In this document: piece after piece, positions 39,061-48,807 of the stretch
How positions within the stretch are numbered: position 1 is the stretch's first letter
Layout: the number at the start of each line of letters is the position of its first letter
NCBI GenBank assembly: GCA_021823405.1
Contig: JAKAOA010000001.1
Span: 43,628-107,627, forward strand
Origin: Bacteroidota bacterium
GTDB taxonomy: Bacteria > Bacteroidota > Bacteroidia > JABEUT01
Direction: 5' to 3'
Length of the DNA: 64,000 bases
Position numbers and translations under genes: made by a program
The notes under the pieces: model-generated
The model's input: only the letters and a program-made list of their open reading frames with translations
The model's database searches: none
What the model was told of the DNA's origin: nothing

Positions 39061-39492
39061 ATGTGGAAGGAATATTTTTCGTTCAATAAGAGGCAGCGAA
39101 ACGGAATCATCGTGCTGGTTTCATTAATAATATTAATGATAGGCGTAATAATTATTCTCGATAACAGACCGCCTGTAAAAGGTAATTTTGACTTTACCGG
39201 CTTTAAAGCGCAGTTGGCGGAAACAGAGAACATACCGTCATCCCGCGATTCAGAAGATATACCCGTGAAGATGGAAAGACCGAAGGACCCGTTTGCCGTT
39301 AAATTAGATCTCAACAATTGTACGGTAAAGGAACTTGCCCGCGTTCCCGGAATAGGGTATTACCGCGCCCTTGCGGTGGTGAACTACCGCGAAATGCATG
39401 GTCCGTATAGAAAAACGGACGACCTGCTGAAATGCAAAGCTGTTGACGATTCCTCTTTCCGAATCTTAAAGCCCTTTGTCATTCCCGAATGA
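39061..39492 (+). CDS. comEA: ComEA-family helix-hairpin-helix DNA-binding protein
   Basis: N-terminal TM anchor and a C-terminal tandem HhH (LNNCTVKELARVPGIGYYRALAVVNYREMHGPY). Start placed at MWKEYF, and the longer alternative is 39028. Confidence 0.7.
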   Translation: MWKEYFSFNKRQRNGIIVLVSLIILMIGVIIILDNRPPVKGNFDFTGFKAQLAETENIPSSRDSEDIPVKMERPKDPFAVKLDLNNCTVKELARVPGIGYYRALAVVNYREMHGPYRKTDDLLKCKAVDDSSFRILKPFVIPE

Positions 39493-39534
39493 ATTATCAG
39501 TTGTTGAATCCATCATTCAGCTAATTATCGCCAT

Positions 39535-40845
39535 TCATTCCAAACCCAGATATACATTAAGTACCTTTTTCTTCATCAGGAAATCGTATTTAGCGCTTGC
39601 CATATCAATTTCCGCCTGTACTTTTTTGTTCTTGGCATCGTTATAGGTCAGCGAATTATTCATTCCAAGCCGGAACTTTTCCGACTCGTATTTGAAATTC
39701 TCTTCAGCATAGCGCAGCTGTTCTTTAGCTGCCGCATACTTCCTTTCGCCTGCAATGATATCGTGATAGGCGCTTTCTATTTTTTTAATGAGGTCCTTCT
39801 CGGCGATACTTTCATCGAGCCGGGTGTTCCGGTAATTTATTTCGGCATTAATTATCGAATATTGATTTGTATAATTATTAAAAATTGGAAGTGACAGGTT
39901 GAACCCAAGCGTAACTGTACGATTATCGAATATTTGCGTTTCGATGCTCTGCGGATTCAGATTGGATGTGGTAGTACCCAGAGAGGGCGAAAAAGACAGA
40001 GTGGGAATTGTACCCGCCCTTTGAATAGAGGCATTAAGTTCTGCTATTCGCGTATTGTTCGAAGCTATTTTTAATTCCGGGGAGTTATTTCTTGCCAATT
40101 CAATGGTCTGGTCAAGAGTTAGGGTGTAGGTAATCTGCGCGCTGTCGTCGGCGACAGGCGCAATTCTGAAATTGGTATCCGCCTCAACCTCTAAGGTCTG
40201 CCGGAGCGCCAGGTAATCGTTATCAAGCGTATTTTGAGCGTTTACCAGATTGAATTTATCGCTGGAAAGCTGCGATTGCATATTATACAAGTCCCCGGCG
40301 GCAATACTTTTTGCGGCATAGAGATTTTTACTGCGGTCAACCTGCAGCTGCGATTGACGAACGGTTTGTTCCGCCTTGTCAACGGTTTCCCGGTCGAGTA
40401 ATATCTGAAAATATTGCTGCATGGTTTGCACCTTAATATCGTTGACCGATTTTTTGTAATTATTATCGCTTAATTCTATTCCTTCCCGTTTTTCTTTAAG
40501 TGTATTTGGTTTTCGCATTCCTTCATAAAGGTTAATAGATGAATTAATGTTTTCGCTCGTGCCTACGTTGGCTGTATTTACAAGTTCGTTGAGAGATGGT
40601 ATAACGTATATACCCCACGTTTCACCCGAAAAAACAGATGCGTTCAATGAGGGTATGTATTTCATTTTGGCTTGTTTGTAATCCGCCTGACTTACAATTT
40701 TATTATTTGCCGCTTTTGCCAAAGTCAGGTTACGCCTTAACGCAGTATCAATACATTGTTCGAGCGTCCAGCTGTTCTGTGCTTTCAAGATGCCGGAGAA
40801 TAAAGTGAGGCAAATGATAAGGAGCGTAAAAGGGTGAATTTTCAT
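39535..40845 (-). CDS. TolC-family outer-membrane efflux protein
   Basis: Signal peptide and two tandem OEP repeats, about 436 aa. Terminal gene of the efflux operon. Confidence 0.8.
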   Translation of the reverse strand: MKIHPFTLLIICLTLFSGILKAQNSWTLEQCIDTALRRNLTLAKAANNKIVSQADYKQAKMKYIPSLNASVFSGETWGIYVIPSLNELVNTANVGTSENINSSINLYEGMRKPNTLKEKREGIELSDNNYKKSVNDIKVQTMQQYFQILLDRETVDKAEQTVRQSQLQVDRSKNLYAAKSIAAGDLYNMQSQLSSDKFNLVNAQNTLDNDYLALRQTLEVEADTNFRIAPVADDSAQITYTLTLDQTIELARNNSPELKIASNNTRIAELNASIQRAGTIPTLSFSPSLGTTTSNLNPQSIETQIFDNRTVTLGFNLSLPIFNNYTNQYSIINAEINYRNTRLDESIAEKDLIKKIESAYHDIIAGERKYAAAKEQLRYAEENFKYESEKFRLGMNNSLTYNDAKNKKVQAEIDMASAKYDFLMKKKVLNVYLGLE

Positions 40846-40888
40846 AATAGAACCATTGTAGGGGAGGTTAATAGGAAGTTATACCTGT

Positions 40889-41986
40889 TCATAAAGAATT
40901 TCCGTCAATTTCGGGGGACTTTATTTCGTCGTCTTTTGTTAAGCCCGACAGAACCTCAATATTAATTCCATCGGAAATGCCGAGTGTGATATACTGTTTG
41001 CGGAAAGCGCCATTTTTCCCTTTCACCTGAACAAAGGATGAGTCGCCCGAAAAACTAACATCGCCTTCTTTAATGGCTAATACATTCATCTTCTTCTCAA
41101 GAAGGATGGATGCATCGGCGCTGTAACCGGCTCTTATTATTTTGCCTTCCTTAGGTATTACAGCCGCTGAAAAGTCGAATTTTACAGAACCTTGCGTATC
41201 GGAGCCCTGCGGCGCTATCATCTCTATTACCGCATCGAAGGTATCTTTCTGTATGGCGCCTATGGTAAGTTCTATTTTCATACCTTCTTTCAAATAGGAA
41301 ACATCAGTTTCGGATATTTTACCGTTGAAAATCATCTGATTCATATCGGCAAGGGTAAATAAAGTTGTTCCCTCGCTGAAGGTGCTTCTTCCCATTACCG
41401 AACTGCCCACTTTTATAGGTATGGTTAATACAGTGCCATCGCAGGTTGCAAAAATAATGTTAGAAGACATGGTTCCGGAGTCCTTCGCCGCCCCTACCTT
41501 TATTACCTGAAGCCGGTTCTGCGCCGATTTCAAATCTTCCGCCTTCAACTCATAATCCTTCTTTGCATTGATAAGGTCGGTCTCTGCAATGGCTCCAACG
41601 CTAAATAGCTTCTTTTGTCTTTCCAGGTCTTGCAAAGACGCTTCTTCATTTATCCTCGCTGAAACCACCGCAGATTCGGCATTGTTCAGATTTTCCAGAT
41701 CCGGAATAAGTTTCAGCTTAGCCAATGGCTGTCCCTTTTTTACCTTATCTCCCACATTCACCTCTATTGCAGATACAATGCCTGAAATAGCCGGTTTTAT
41801 ATCAATTTCTTCTCTCGGAGAAATGGTGCCTGCAACGGTAACCTTACGTTCTATTGTTGTAATGAATGGCTTGTTTGGCTTCAAGGCATTTTTAACCGAA
41901 GCACTGCTGCTTAATTTGCCCTTGAAGAGAAAAGGAATGGCGACTATAACTCCCAGTACGGCAATGATAATTATAACCTTTTTCAT
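40889..41986 (-). CDS. Efflux transporter periplasmic adaptor (HlyD/MacA family)
   Basis: N-terminal TM, coiled-coil hairpin, lipoyl and beta-barrel domains. Sits between the MacB-like permease and TolC. Confidence 0.8.
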   Translation of the reverse strand: MKKVIIIIAVLGVIVAIPFLFKGKLSSSASVKNALKPNKPFITTIERKVTVAGTISPREEIDIKPAISGIVSAIEVNVGDKVKKGQPLAKLKLIPDLENLNNAESAVVSARINEEASLQDLERQKKLFSVGAIAETDLINAKKDYELKAEDLKSAQNRLQVIKVGAAKDSGTMSSNIIFATCDGTVLTIPIKVGSSVMGRSTFSEGTTLFTLADMNQMIFNGKISETDVSYLKEGMKIELTIGAIQKDTFDAVIEMIAPQGSDTQGSVKFDFSAAVIPKEGKIIRAGYSADASILLEKKMNVLAIKEGDVSFSGDSSFVQVKGKNGAFRKQYITLGISDGINIEVLSGLTKDDEIKSPEIDGNSL

Positions 41987-42008
41987 TTTTTATGATTTTT
42001 TGAATTTG

Positions 42009-43247
42009 TTATTCGTATCGTAATGCCTCAATTGGGCTGATTTTCGATGCATTTCTGGCTGGTATGAATCCCGCAAGTGCGCCTGCAACGACCAATATTA
42101 TTATGGCGGAAATGGCCACATTCATATCTACTTCGGGGTGCTGAAAATAGGTGACCGATTTTGTTAATTTACCTATAAGCGATAGCGCACCGGAAGCAAT
42201 TACAAGACCAACAAAACCCGATACAGTGGTTATCACTATTGCTTCCTGAATTACAAGTGAGATAATGGACGAGGGAACTGCTCCAAGCGCTTTTCTTATT
42301 CCTATTTCCTTCGTTCGTTCTTTTACGGTTACAAGCATAATGTTGCCCACGCCTACAACCCCGCCAACCAATGTACTGCAACCGATTATCCATAAAAAAA
42401 TTCCAACGCCCGAAAAAAGCTGTCCTACCACTTTTTCATTACGGGCTCTGTTATAAACATATAATGCATCGTCATCCTTCGGGTCAAAGGAGTATTTACG
42501 CGCAAGCCACTTCTTTATCTTATGTCCGGCTGATTCTGCATCGGCGCCATCTTCCATAACCGCGGTAAAGTGTTCTATCTTCCCGTCCGGTTCAAATTCC
42601 GCCTTATAAACCGAGAAAGGGAGATATATAGTTGATTCGCTTCCGAAGTTGAATATTCTGGTAGTGTCCTCCGCCACAAGCCCGACTACCTTATAGTAAT
42701 TGCCCTTAATCGTAATATACTCTCCGATAGGATCCTTCCCGTGAAATAACTGGTCCTCTATTTTTTTACTTATCACCGCTACTTTTCTCTCCTGCTCCAT
42801 GTCAAGCGGGTCGAGCCAGCGTCCTTCGCCAATATGGAGATATTCTATCTGAGAAAATTCGGGGAAAACAGCCCTTACATCATATACGCCGCTGTTGTTG
42901 CCATAAGATATAGTGCCGGCGTTGGTCACATTGGCTTCGGGCGAAATATATTTTATTACTGGTATATCGGCTTTAAGGTCTGCCATATCATCGCCGGTTA
43001 CTTGTATCGAACGCCCCACGTTTAATCCTTTGTAAGGGATGGTAGTTTTACCGCCCCAGAATTCTACGGCATTGCTTGCAGAGCCGGCAAGTTGATTATT
43101 TACGCCATTTTTAAAGCCCTTACCAACGCAAAGTAACAATACAAGCATAAAAATGCCCCATGATACTCCAAAACCGGTAAGAAAGGTGCGCAACTTATGG
43201 GCTTTTATTGACTGATATATCTCTTTCCAGACCTCTTTCTTAAACAT
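42009..43247 (-). CDS. ABC transporter permease, MacB/FtsX-like
   Basis: N-terminal TM, a large periplasmic domain, and a C-terminal FtsX 3-TM bundle. 412 aa. Confidence 0.8.
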   Translation of the reverse strand: MFKKEVWKEIYQSIKAHKLRTFLTGFGVSWGIFMLVLLLCVGKGFKNGVNNQLAGSASNAVEFWGGKTTIPYKGLNVGRSIQVTGDDMADLKADIPVIKYISPEANVTNAGTISYGNNSGVYDVRAVFPEFSQIEYLHIGEGRWLDPLDMEQERKVAVISKKIEDQLFHGKDPIGEYITIKGNYYKVVGLVAEDTTRIFNFGSESTIYLPFSVYKAEFEPDGKIEHFTAVMEDGADAESAGHKIKKWLARKYSFDPKDDDALYVYNRARNEKVVGQLFSGVGIFLWIIGCSTLVGGVVGVGNIMLVTVKERTKEIGIRKALGAVPSSIISLVIQEAIVITTVSGFVGLVIASGALSLIGKLTKSVTYFQHPEVDMNVAISAIIILVVAGALAGFIPARNASKISPIEALRYE

Positions 43248-43262
43248 TAATAATCCTTTTTT

Positions 43263-43925
43263 TTAGTTTGTAATTATTCCGTCCTTTATGGTTATTATCC
43301 TCTCCGTTTGTTCAGCTATATCCTTTTCGTGGGTGATAATAATGATAGTAACGCCCTGATTATGTATTGTCTTGAACAAATCCATAATATCCTGCGACGA
43401 TTTACTGTCAAGGTTACCGGTCGGTTCGTCTGCCAGTATCATTTTGGGCTGGGTAACCAATGCTCTCGCTATGGCTACCCGTTGTTTCTGTCCGCCTGAT
43501 AGCTCACTGGGCAAATGGTGCGCCCATTCACTTATGCCTACACGTTCCAGATAGTTGCGCGCCTTCTTATTTCTTTCTTTGGTTCGGACTCCCTGGTAGT
43601 ACAATGGCAGTGCAACGTTTTCGAGCGCATTTTTATAAGACAGCAGGTTATATGATTGGAAGACAAACCCTATAAACCTGTTCCTGTAATGAGCGGCTTT
43701 CTTTTCCGAAAGATTCTTAATCAGCGTATCTTCAATGTAGTATTCGCCGGAATCGTATTGGTCTAAAATACCCAGAATATTCAGAAGCGTTGATTTTCCG
43801 GAGCCGGATGCGCCCATAATGGAAACCATCTCGCCCTTCTGAACCTCCAAATTAATGCCTTTAAGAACCTGAAGCCGTTCTTTACCTACCGGGTACGATT
43901 TATATATGTTAGAAAGCCGTATCAA
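43263..43925 (-). CDS. ABC transporter ATP-binding protein (MacB/LolD-type)
   Basis: Walker [10 protein letters not shown], signature LSGGQKQRV, Walker [12 protein letters not shown]. Confidence 0.9.
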   Translation of the reverse strand: MIRLSNIYKSYPVGKERLQVLKGINLEVQKGEMVSIMGASGSGKSTLLNILGILDQYDSGEYYIEDTLIKNLSEKKAAHYRNRFIGFVFQSYNLLSYKNALENVALPLYYQGVRTKERNKKARNYLERVGISEWAHHLPSELSGGQKQRVAIARALVTQPKMILADEPTGNLDSKSSQDIMDLFKTIHNQGVTIIIITHEKDIAEQTERIITIKDGIITN

Positions 43926-44479
43926 TGATAATTTACAGTATAAAAGGACTGACAGTTAGCCGGAAAAACGGTGTAAAATTAACCATTTATCAATGCCTTT
44001 TATCTGCCACTATTATATGACGAATTATACGATATTTAACTGTAAAAATAAAATAATGACTAAATCCAACAAACAGAAGCACGGCGTTAACGACGATGCT
44101 GAAAACATAGATAACCATACTTGGATAATCGAACCGGATAGGCGCCCAACATATTTTTTACATAGCTTGAGCATGCCGTTTTGGCTATACCCTTACTAAA
44201 AGTAAAGGGCAGGCAGGCGAACGGCAGGCGGACAACTTATTATAAAATTCCGGCAAAAACGATAACCGAAGTACAACCATTATTACCTGAATGAGAGTTG
44301 TTAATCCATACTGTATGCTAAATTATAACTCGAACTATTGCAATGAATTAGTAGCTTTTGCATCAAAATCATACCATTGTGTCAAATAAAAGGTTAAATT
44401 GCAGAAAATTTGAAAAGCAATGTTGTCATCCCTCCATTAAAAGGATTTCTGAAACGTTGATTTTTCATTAAATAACAAT

Positions 44480-46309
44480 ATGGCTGAAACAAATCTGCAC
44501 AATTTTCATATACCGGTTATGGGTTTGGGTTACACCATGGACACGCCTCTTAAGGTAGCCCGTTTTGGCATATCTTCCGTCATATCATTAGGCGAAGATG
44601 AGTTGATTGAACAAATGCGCAAGTTCCATTCAGGTCAATCCGGCGAACCATATATTCCAATTGACGAAAAACAGGATGATTTCCGCGCAAAACGGGTTAC
44701 TGCCTATCTGAATCTGGTAAACAAACTGGTAAACGCCCAGATAAAAGAATTGTCAGGACAGCCCTTTGCACCCGGCTCCGATATTGTAAAATATTTTGAA
44801 TTGCTGCCAGACGACTCGCCTGCCAAGAAGAGTTACACAATCTTTTTGACCCTCGGCGAGGGTAAAGAAAAAAGTGACGCAGAGAAGAAATTACGAGGAA
44901 TGATCCGCGCCGGCTCCATTGATGTAAATATCATGTCGAAGGTGGATACTCTTCATTACGATAAAAACGGTGAGCCGCTGCCGCCCGAATTTGCTAATGC
45001 CATGTCTGCTCTACGCGGTTATGCGAGCAGCGACCTCCGTTCTACTATCGTTTTTTCAGCAGGTTACAATCCCCGTTTATACAATTATGTAGAGCATTTC
45101 GACGACTTTTTCCCGGATAATGATGGACAGCTTAAGAAAAAAATTGCCATCAAAGTAAGCGACTACAGGTCGGCTATGATTCAGGGAAAAGTGTTTGCAA
45201 AAAAGGGGTTGTTCGTTTCCGAATTCAGAGTAGAATCGGGTCTTAATTGCGGCGGACATGCCTTTGCCACTGAAGGACTCCTGCTAGGTCCGATACTTGA
45301 GGAATTCAAACTAAACAGGGAAGCACTTGAAAATGAGCTTTATACGCAATGCGCTGCTGTGCTGAAGCAAAAAGGTAAAAATCCGTTTTCCGTGCCGCCG
45401 AAGTTTAAACTAACGGTACAAGGCGGAGTAGGAACAAGTAATGAACACAAGTTCCTGTTGCAGCGCTATAATTTTGACTCCGTTGGCTGGGGCAGCCCGT
45501 TTCTGCTTGTTCCCGAAGTGACAAATGTGGATGAACAAACGTTAGGTATGCTGGCTAATGCCACCAAAGACGATTATTATTTAAGCAATGCTTCTCCGTT
45601 GGGAATCCCTTTCAATAACTTCAGAAAAACGTCATCGGAAAATCTTGTCAAAGTGCGTATTCAAAAAGGAAGACCGGGCAGTCCATGCTATAAGAAATAT
45701 CTTGCCACCAATACAGAGTTTACCGAAAATCCGATTTGTACTGCATCAAGAGAATATCAATATAATAAGATAGAACAGCTTAAAGAGAAGAATCTAACCG
45801 GCATAAGGTATGAACAGGAATTTATTAAAATTACCGAAAAGGAATGCCTTTGTGAGGGATTAGGCGCCGGTGCACTTCAAAAGAACAGCATTAAGCACCC
45901 TCACAAACTGAATGCAGTAACTATTTGCCCGGGACCCAACCTTGCTTATTTTTCAGGTATTCACACCTTGAAGGAAATGGTTGACCACATATACGGCAGA
46001 ACCAACCTCCGAAATTCGATTAAACGTTCGAATATGTTCATTAACGAAATTGTTCTTTATATCTCATTCTTGAAAAATAAAATTGCCGCCAATCTATATG
46101 AGCCGCCGGCAAACTTTGAAAAATATATTCAAATCTTTAAACACAATCTGATACAGGGAATTAATTATTACAAAAATCTGGTAAACCGTCTTTCAGAGGG
46201 CTCCGAATCCACTCCAGACGAGGTGTTCAACGAATTGGCGGCTTTGGACTCTTCAATAAATGAAATAAATATAATGGCAGCATCACCTGCGCAAGAGGTA
46301 CTGCCATAA
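44480..46309 (+). CDS. Hypothetical 609-aa protein with NMO/FabK/PfaD-like TIM-barrel flavoenzyme features
   Basis: IPVMGLGYTMD...ISSVISLG resembles the NMO N-terminal PI..G.M......AAVS.AGG.G.L pattern. VESGLNCGGHAF resembles the E(A)GGH catalytic motif. VQGGVGT...GWGSPFLLVPE resembles AAGGI.DG...G.GTRFL.T.E. No search was run. Confidence 0.45.
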   Translation: MAETNLHNFHIPVMGLGYTMDTPLKVARFGISSVISLGEDELIEQMRKFHSGQSGEPYIPIDEKQDDFRAKRVTAYLNLVNKLVNAQIKELSGQPFAPGSDIVKYFELLPDDSPAKKSYTIFLTLGEGKEKSDAEKKLRGMIRAGSIDVNIMSKVDTLHYDKNGEPLPPEFANAMSALRGYASSDLRSTIVFSAGYNPRLYNYVEHFDDFFPDNDGQLKKKIAIKVSDYRSAMIQGKVFAKKGLFVSEFRVESGLNCGGHAFATEGLLLGPILEEFKLNREALENELYTQCAAVLKQKGKNPFSVPPKFKLTVQGGVGTSNEHKFLLQRYNFDSVGWGSPFLLVPEVTNVDEQTLGMLANATKDDYYLSNASPLGIPFNNFRKTSSENLVKVRIQKGRPGSPCYKKYLATNTEFTENPICTASREYQYNKIEQLKEKNLTGIRYEQEFIKITEKECLCEGLGAGALQKNSIKHPHKLNAVTICPGPNLAYFSGIHTLKEMVDHIYGRTNLRNSIKRSNMFINEIVLYISFLKNKIAANLYEPPANFEKYIQIFKHNLIQGINYYKNLVNRLSEGSESTPDEVFNELAALDSSINEINIMAASPAQEVLP

Positions 46310-46416
46310 TAGCAAACTTTTTCTTTAAAACCGTAAAATAACAGTTAGTTAAATGGCTGTACCCGCCGAATTAGCTTTGTACGCCTTTTATACTGCTCGT
46401 AGGTCATTTTGCCAAT

Positions 46417-46507
46417 GCAAAATACTTATACGAGGAGTTCTACATATGCTTTGAATTTGCGTATTTTGGCAACCCGATAGCTATCGGGTTCAATTGTGGT
46501 CGGTATA
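46417..46507. repeat. Long (~91 bp) form of the REP/MITE-like element (palindrome core 46471-46490)
   Basis: Collinear with 34947-35037. The core is the perfect palindrome AACCCGATAGCTATCGGGTT. Confidence 0.8.
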
Positions 46508-46605
46508 TTTTGAACACGATAATTGATACTTTAGAGCAAAATGGAGCATTTCAGAATTATTGACAGTAGCGAGCATACTCAAAAAATCTAAATACCGTAA
46601 TTGGG

Positions 46606-47601
46606 TTGGAGCAAAAGGTCGGTTCTTTAATATCAGCCATTAACGAATCTGTAGGCGCTAAAAAGCCGTTCCTGTTTATCATTGACTTTAATTGCGAACA
46701 TCCTATCGTTCGCTTCCTCAACGAAATTGACCCTGAAGAAATCCTATATGATTTTAAAGGATTTACCAATCTGCCGACATATACTAAAAGCAATAACAAC
46801 GCCCCGTTTTATTTCCGGAAATTCCCCATCCCATATTCAACCTACAGAGAAAGGTTTGACAGGGTTAGAAAAGAACTGCTGCAAGGCAACAGCTATCTCC
46901 TTAACTTGACATTCCCCACGCCGGTAGAAACCTCACTGACGCTCCAAGAGATATTCATCCGCAGCGAAGCACCTTACAAGCTTCTCCTGAACAAAGACAA
47001 TGAACTAAAATTTGTAGTTTTTTCACCGGAATCCTTTGTAAATATAAAGGATGGAGTAATACGTTCTTTTCCGATGAAAGGTACTATAAACGCCTCGGTT
47101 CCGAATGCCGAAAATATTATCCTGAAAGACGCTAAAGAGCTGGCGGAACACTCCACCATCGTTGACTTGATAAGGAATGATTTGAGTATGGTGGCAAATA
47201 ATGTAAAGCTGGAAAGATTCCGTTATGTAGAACGAATTAAAACAAACGTATCCCAACTGTTGCAGATAAGTTCAGAAATAAGCGGCACGGTGAAAAAAGA
47301 ATTACGCAACAGCTACGGTGAACTTCTTGCGCTGCTTCTACCAGCCGGCTCAATCAGCGGCGCACCTAAATGCAAAACAGTGCAAATAATAAAGGAAGCT
47401 GAAGGTTACGAACGGGGCTATTATACAGGGGTGTTCGGCTATTCCGATGGCGAAAAACTCGAAAGCGCGGTAATGATACGCTTTATAGAACAAACCCAAA
47501 ATAACCTCTGTTTTAAAAGCGGCGGCGGAATAACCATATACAGCAACCCGGAAAGCGAGTACCGTGAACTAATAGATAAAGTTTATGTGCCTTTTAATTG
47601 A
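46606..47601 (+). CDS. pabB: Aminodeoxychorismate synthase component I-like chorismate-binding enzyme (short form)
   Basis: Chorismate-binding domain motifs (SPE.F..., GSISGAPK, YERGYYTGVFGY, GGGI). Lacks the N-terminal regulatory domain of long TrpE/PabB. Confidence 0.7.
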   Translation: MEQKVGSLISAINESVGAKKPFLFIIDFNCEHPIVRFLNEIDPEEILYDFKGFTNLPTYTKSNNNAPFYFRKFPIPYSTYRERFDRVRKELLQGNSYLLNLTFPTPVETSLTLQEIFIRSEAPYKLLLNKDNELKFVVFSPESFVNIKDGVIRSFPMKGTINASVPNAENIILKDAKELAEHSTIVDLIRNDLSMVANNVKLERFRYVERIKTNVSQLLQISSEISGTVKKELRNSYGELLALLLPAGSISGAPKCKTVQIIKEAEGYERGYYTGVFGYSDGEKLESAVMIRFIEQTQNNLCFKSGGGITIYSNPESEYRELIDKVYVPFN

Positions 47602-48184
47602 GACGATAAAAGTATCGGAACGAAGGTTCTTGAATCTTGCATTTCACAATGAACGCATGAATTCAGCCCGGCGCAAACTTCTCGGTTGTAAAGACAGTAT
47701 AGGGATTGCCGAATCGCTGAATGTACCCTCTAACCTTGGTAACGATGTTTTCAAATGCACCGTCAGTTATGGACAGACAATAGTCAAAGTCGAGTTTAAA
47801 CCCTATTCTATCCCAAAAATAAAAAACTTAATGATTATCCGTTGCGATACGATAGATTACTCATTTAAATATGCCGATAGAAGTGAATTAAACAACTTGT
47901 TTAACCTGCGCGGCTGGTGTGATGAGATTCTTATTGTTAAGGATGGCCTCATTACCGATACCTCGTTTACCAACATAATATTTAACGATGGCAAGAAATG
48001 GGTAACGCCTGAAAAGCCGTTACTGAAAGGTACTAAAAGAGAAAATCTATTAAAGAAAGGATTAATTAAAGAAGCTGCTGTCAGTTTGGAGGATTTGACA
48101 AAATTCAACGAAGCATGCCTTATAAATGCCATGTTGGAGATTGGCGACATTAGAATAGATACCAAGAATATATACAAACTATAG
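47585..48184 (+). CDS. pabC: Class IV aminotransferase-fold protein, putative aminodeoxychorismate lyase
   Basis: 199 aa. 17-nt overlap with pabB. A fold-type IV pattern fits (…RHL.R…, the mid-domain lysine region, KDGLITDTSFTNIIF, GTKRENLL). Short for a PabC. Confidence 0.55.
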   Translation: MCLLIETIKVSERRFLNLAFHNERMNSARRKLLGCKDSIGIAESLNVPSNLGNDVFKCTVSYGQTIVKVEFKPYSIPKIKNLMIIRCDTIDYSFKYADRSELNNLFNLRGWCDEILIVKDGLITDTSFTNIIFNDGKKWVTPEKPLLKGTKRENLLKKGLIKEAAVSLEDLTKFNEACLINAMLEIGDIRIDTKNIYKL

Positions 48185-48334
48185 CTAATATACCGACCGC
48201 AATTGAATTTACTAAAATTCACAAATTCAAACCCTGCCTGCCAGCGCTGTTCGAACAGACATGGCTATAACTGCTGGTATAGGTATTTTGCGAAAGTCAT
48301 ATCTTTGTTCCACTAAACATAGTGTAAAATTCCG

Positions 48335-48796
48335 ATGACAAAAGCATTGAGAAATACCATCCTCTGGCTTGCTGCATTTAGCAGTTACTGCCTGCCCGCC
48401 TGTTCACAAAACGCAGGGAAAAAAATAATAGAAACCAAAAATGCCCCTTCTCCTATTGGTCCATACAGTCAGGCGGTTCAAACAGGCAATCTCGTTTTTG
48501 TTTCGGGACAGATTGGTAAAGACCCCGTTAGCGGCTCTCTGATAAACGACAACATAAAAGATGAAACCGCGCAAGTAATGAAAAATGTGAAGGCAGTACT
48601 GGAAGCAGACGGACTAACAATGGAGAATATCGTAAAAACAACCGTTTATCTTACCGATATAAATGACTTTAAGCAGGTGAACGAAATATACGGAGCATAT
48701 TTTAAAAGCGATTATCCGGCCCGAGAAACGGTGGAAGTGTCGCATTTACCCGCCGGTGCAAAGGTGGAAATATCAGTAATAGCGGAGAAAAAATAA
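48335..48796 (+). CDS. ridA: RidA/YjgF family reactive-intermediate deaminase with N-terminal signal peptide
   Basis: PYSQAVQTGNLVFVSGQIG and AR.TVEV YjgF signature. Signal-like N-terminus. Confidence 0.85.
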   Translation: MTKALRNTILWLAAFSSYCLPACSQNAGKKIIETKNAPSPIGPYSQAVQTGNLVFVSGQIGKDPVSGSLINDNIKDETAQVMKNVKAVLEADGLTMENIVKTTVYLTDINDFKQVNEIYGAYFKSDYPARETVEVSHLPAGAKVEISVIAEKK

Positions 48797-48807
48797 AATA
48801 CTCTCGT

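Noticed and set aside
44057-44199. 47-aa ORF (MTKSNKQKHGVNDD...) in the 550-bp spacer upstream of the 609-aa gene as a small regulatory protein
   Set aside because: No recognisable motif and no terminator or promoter features were seen. The evidence is insufficient.
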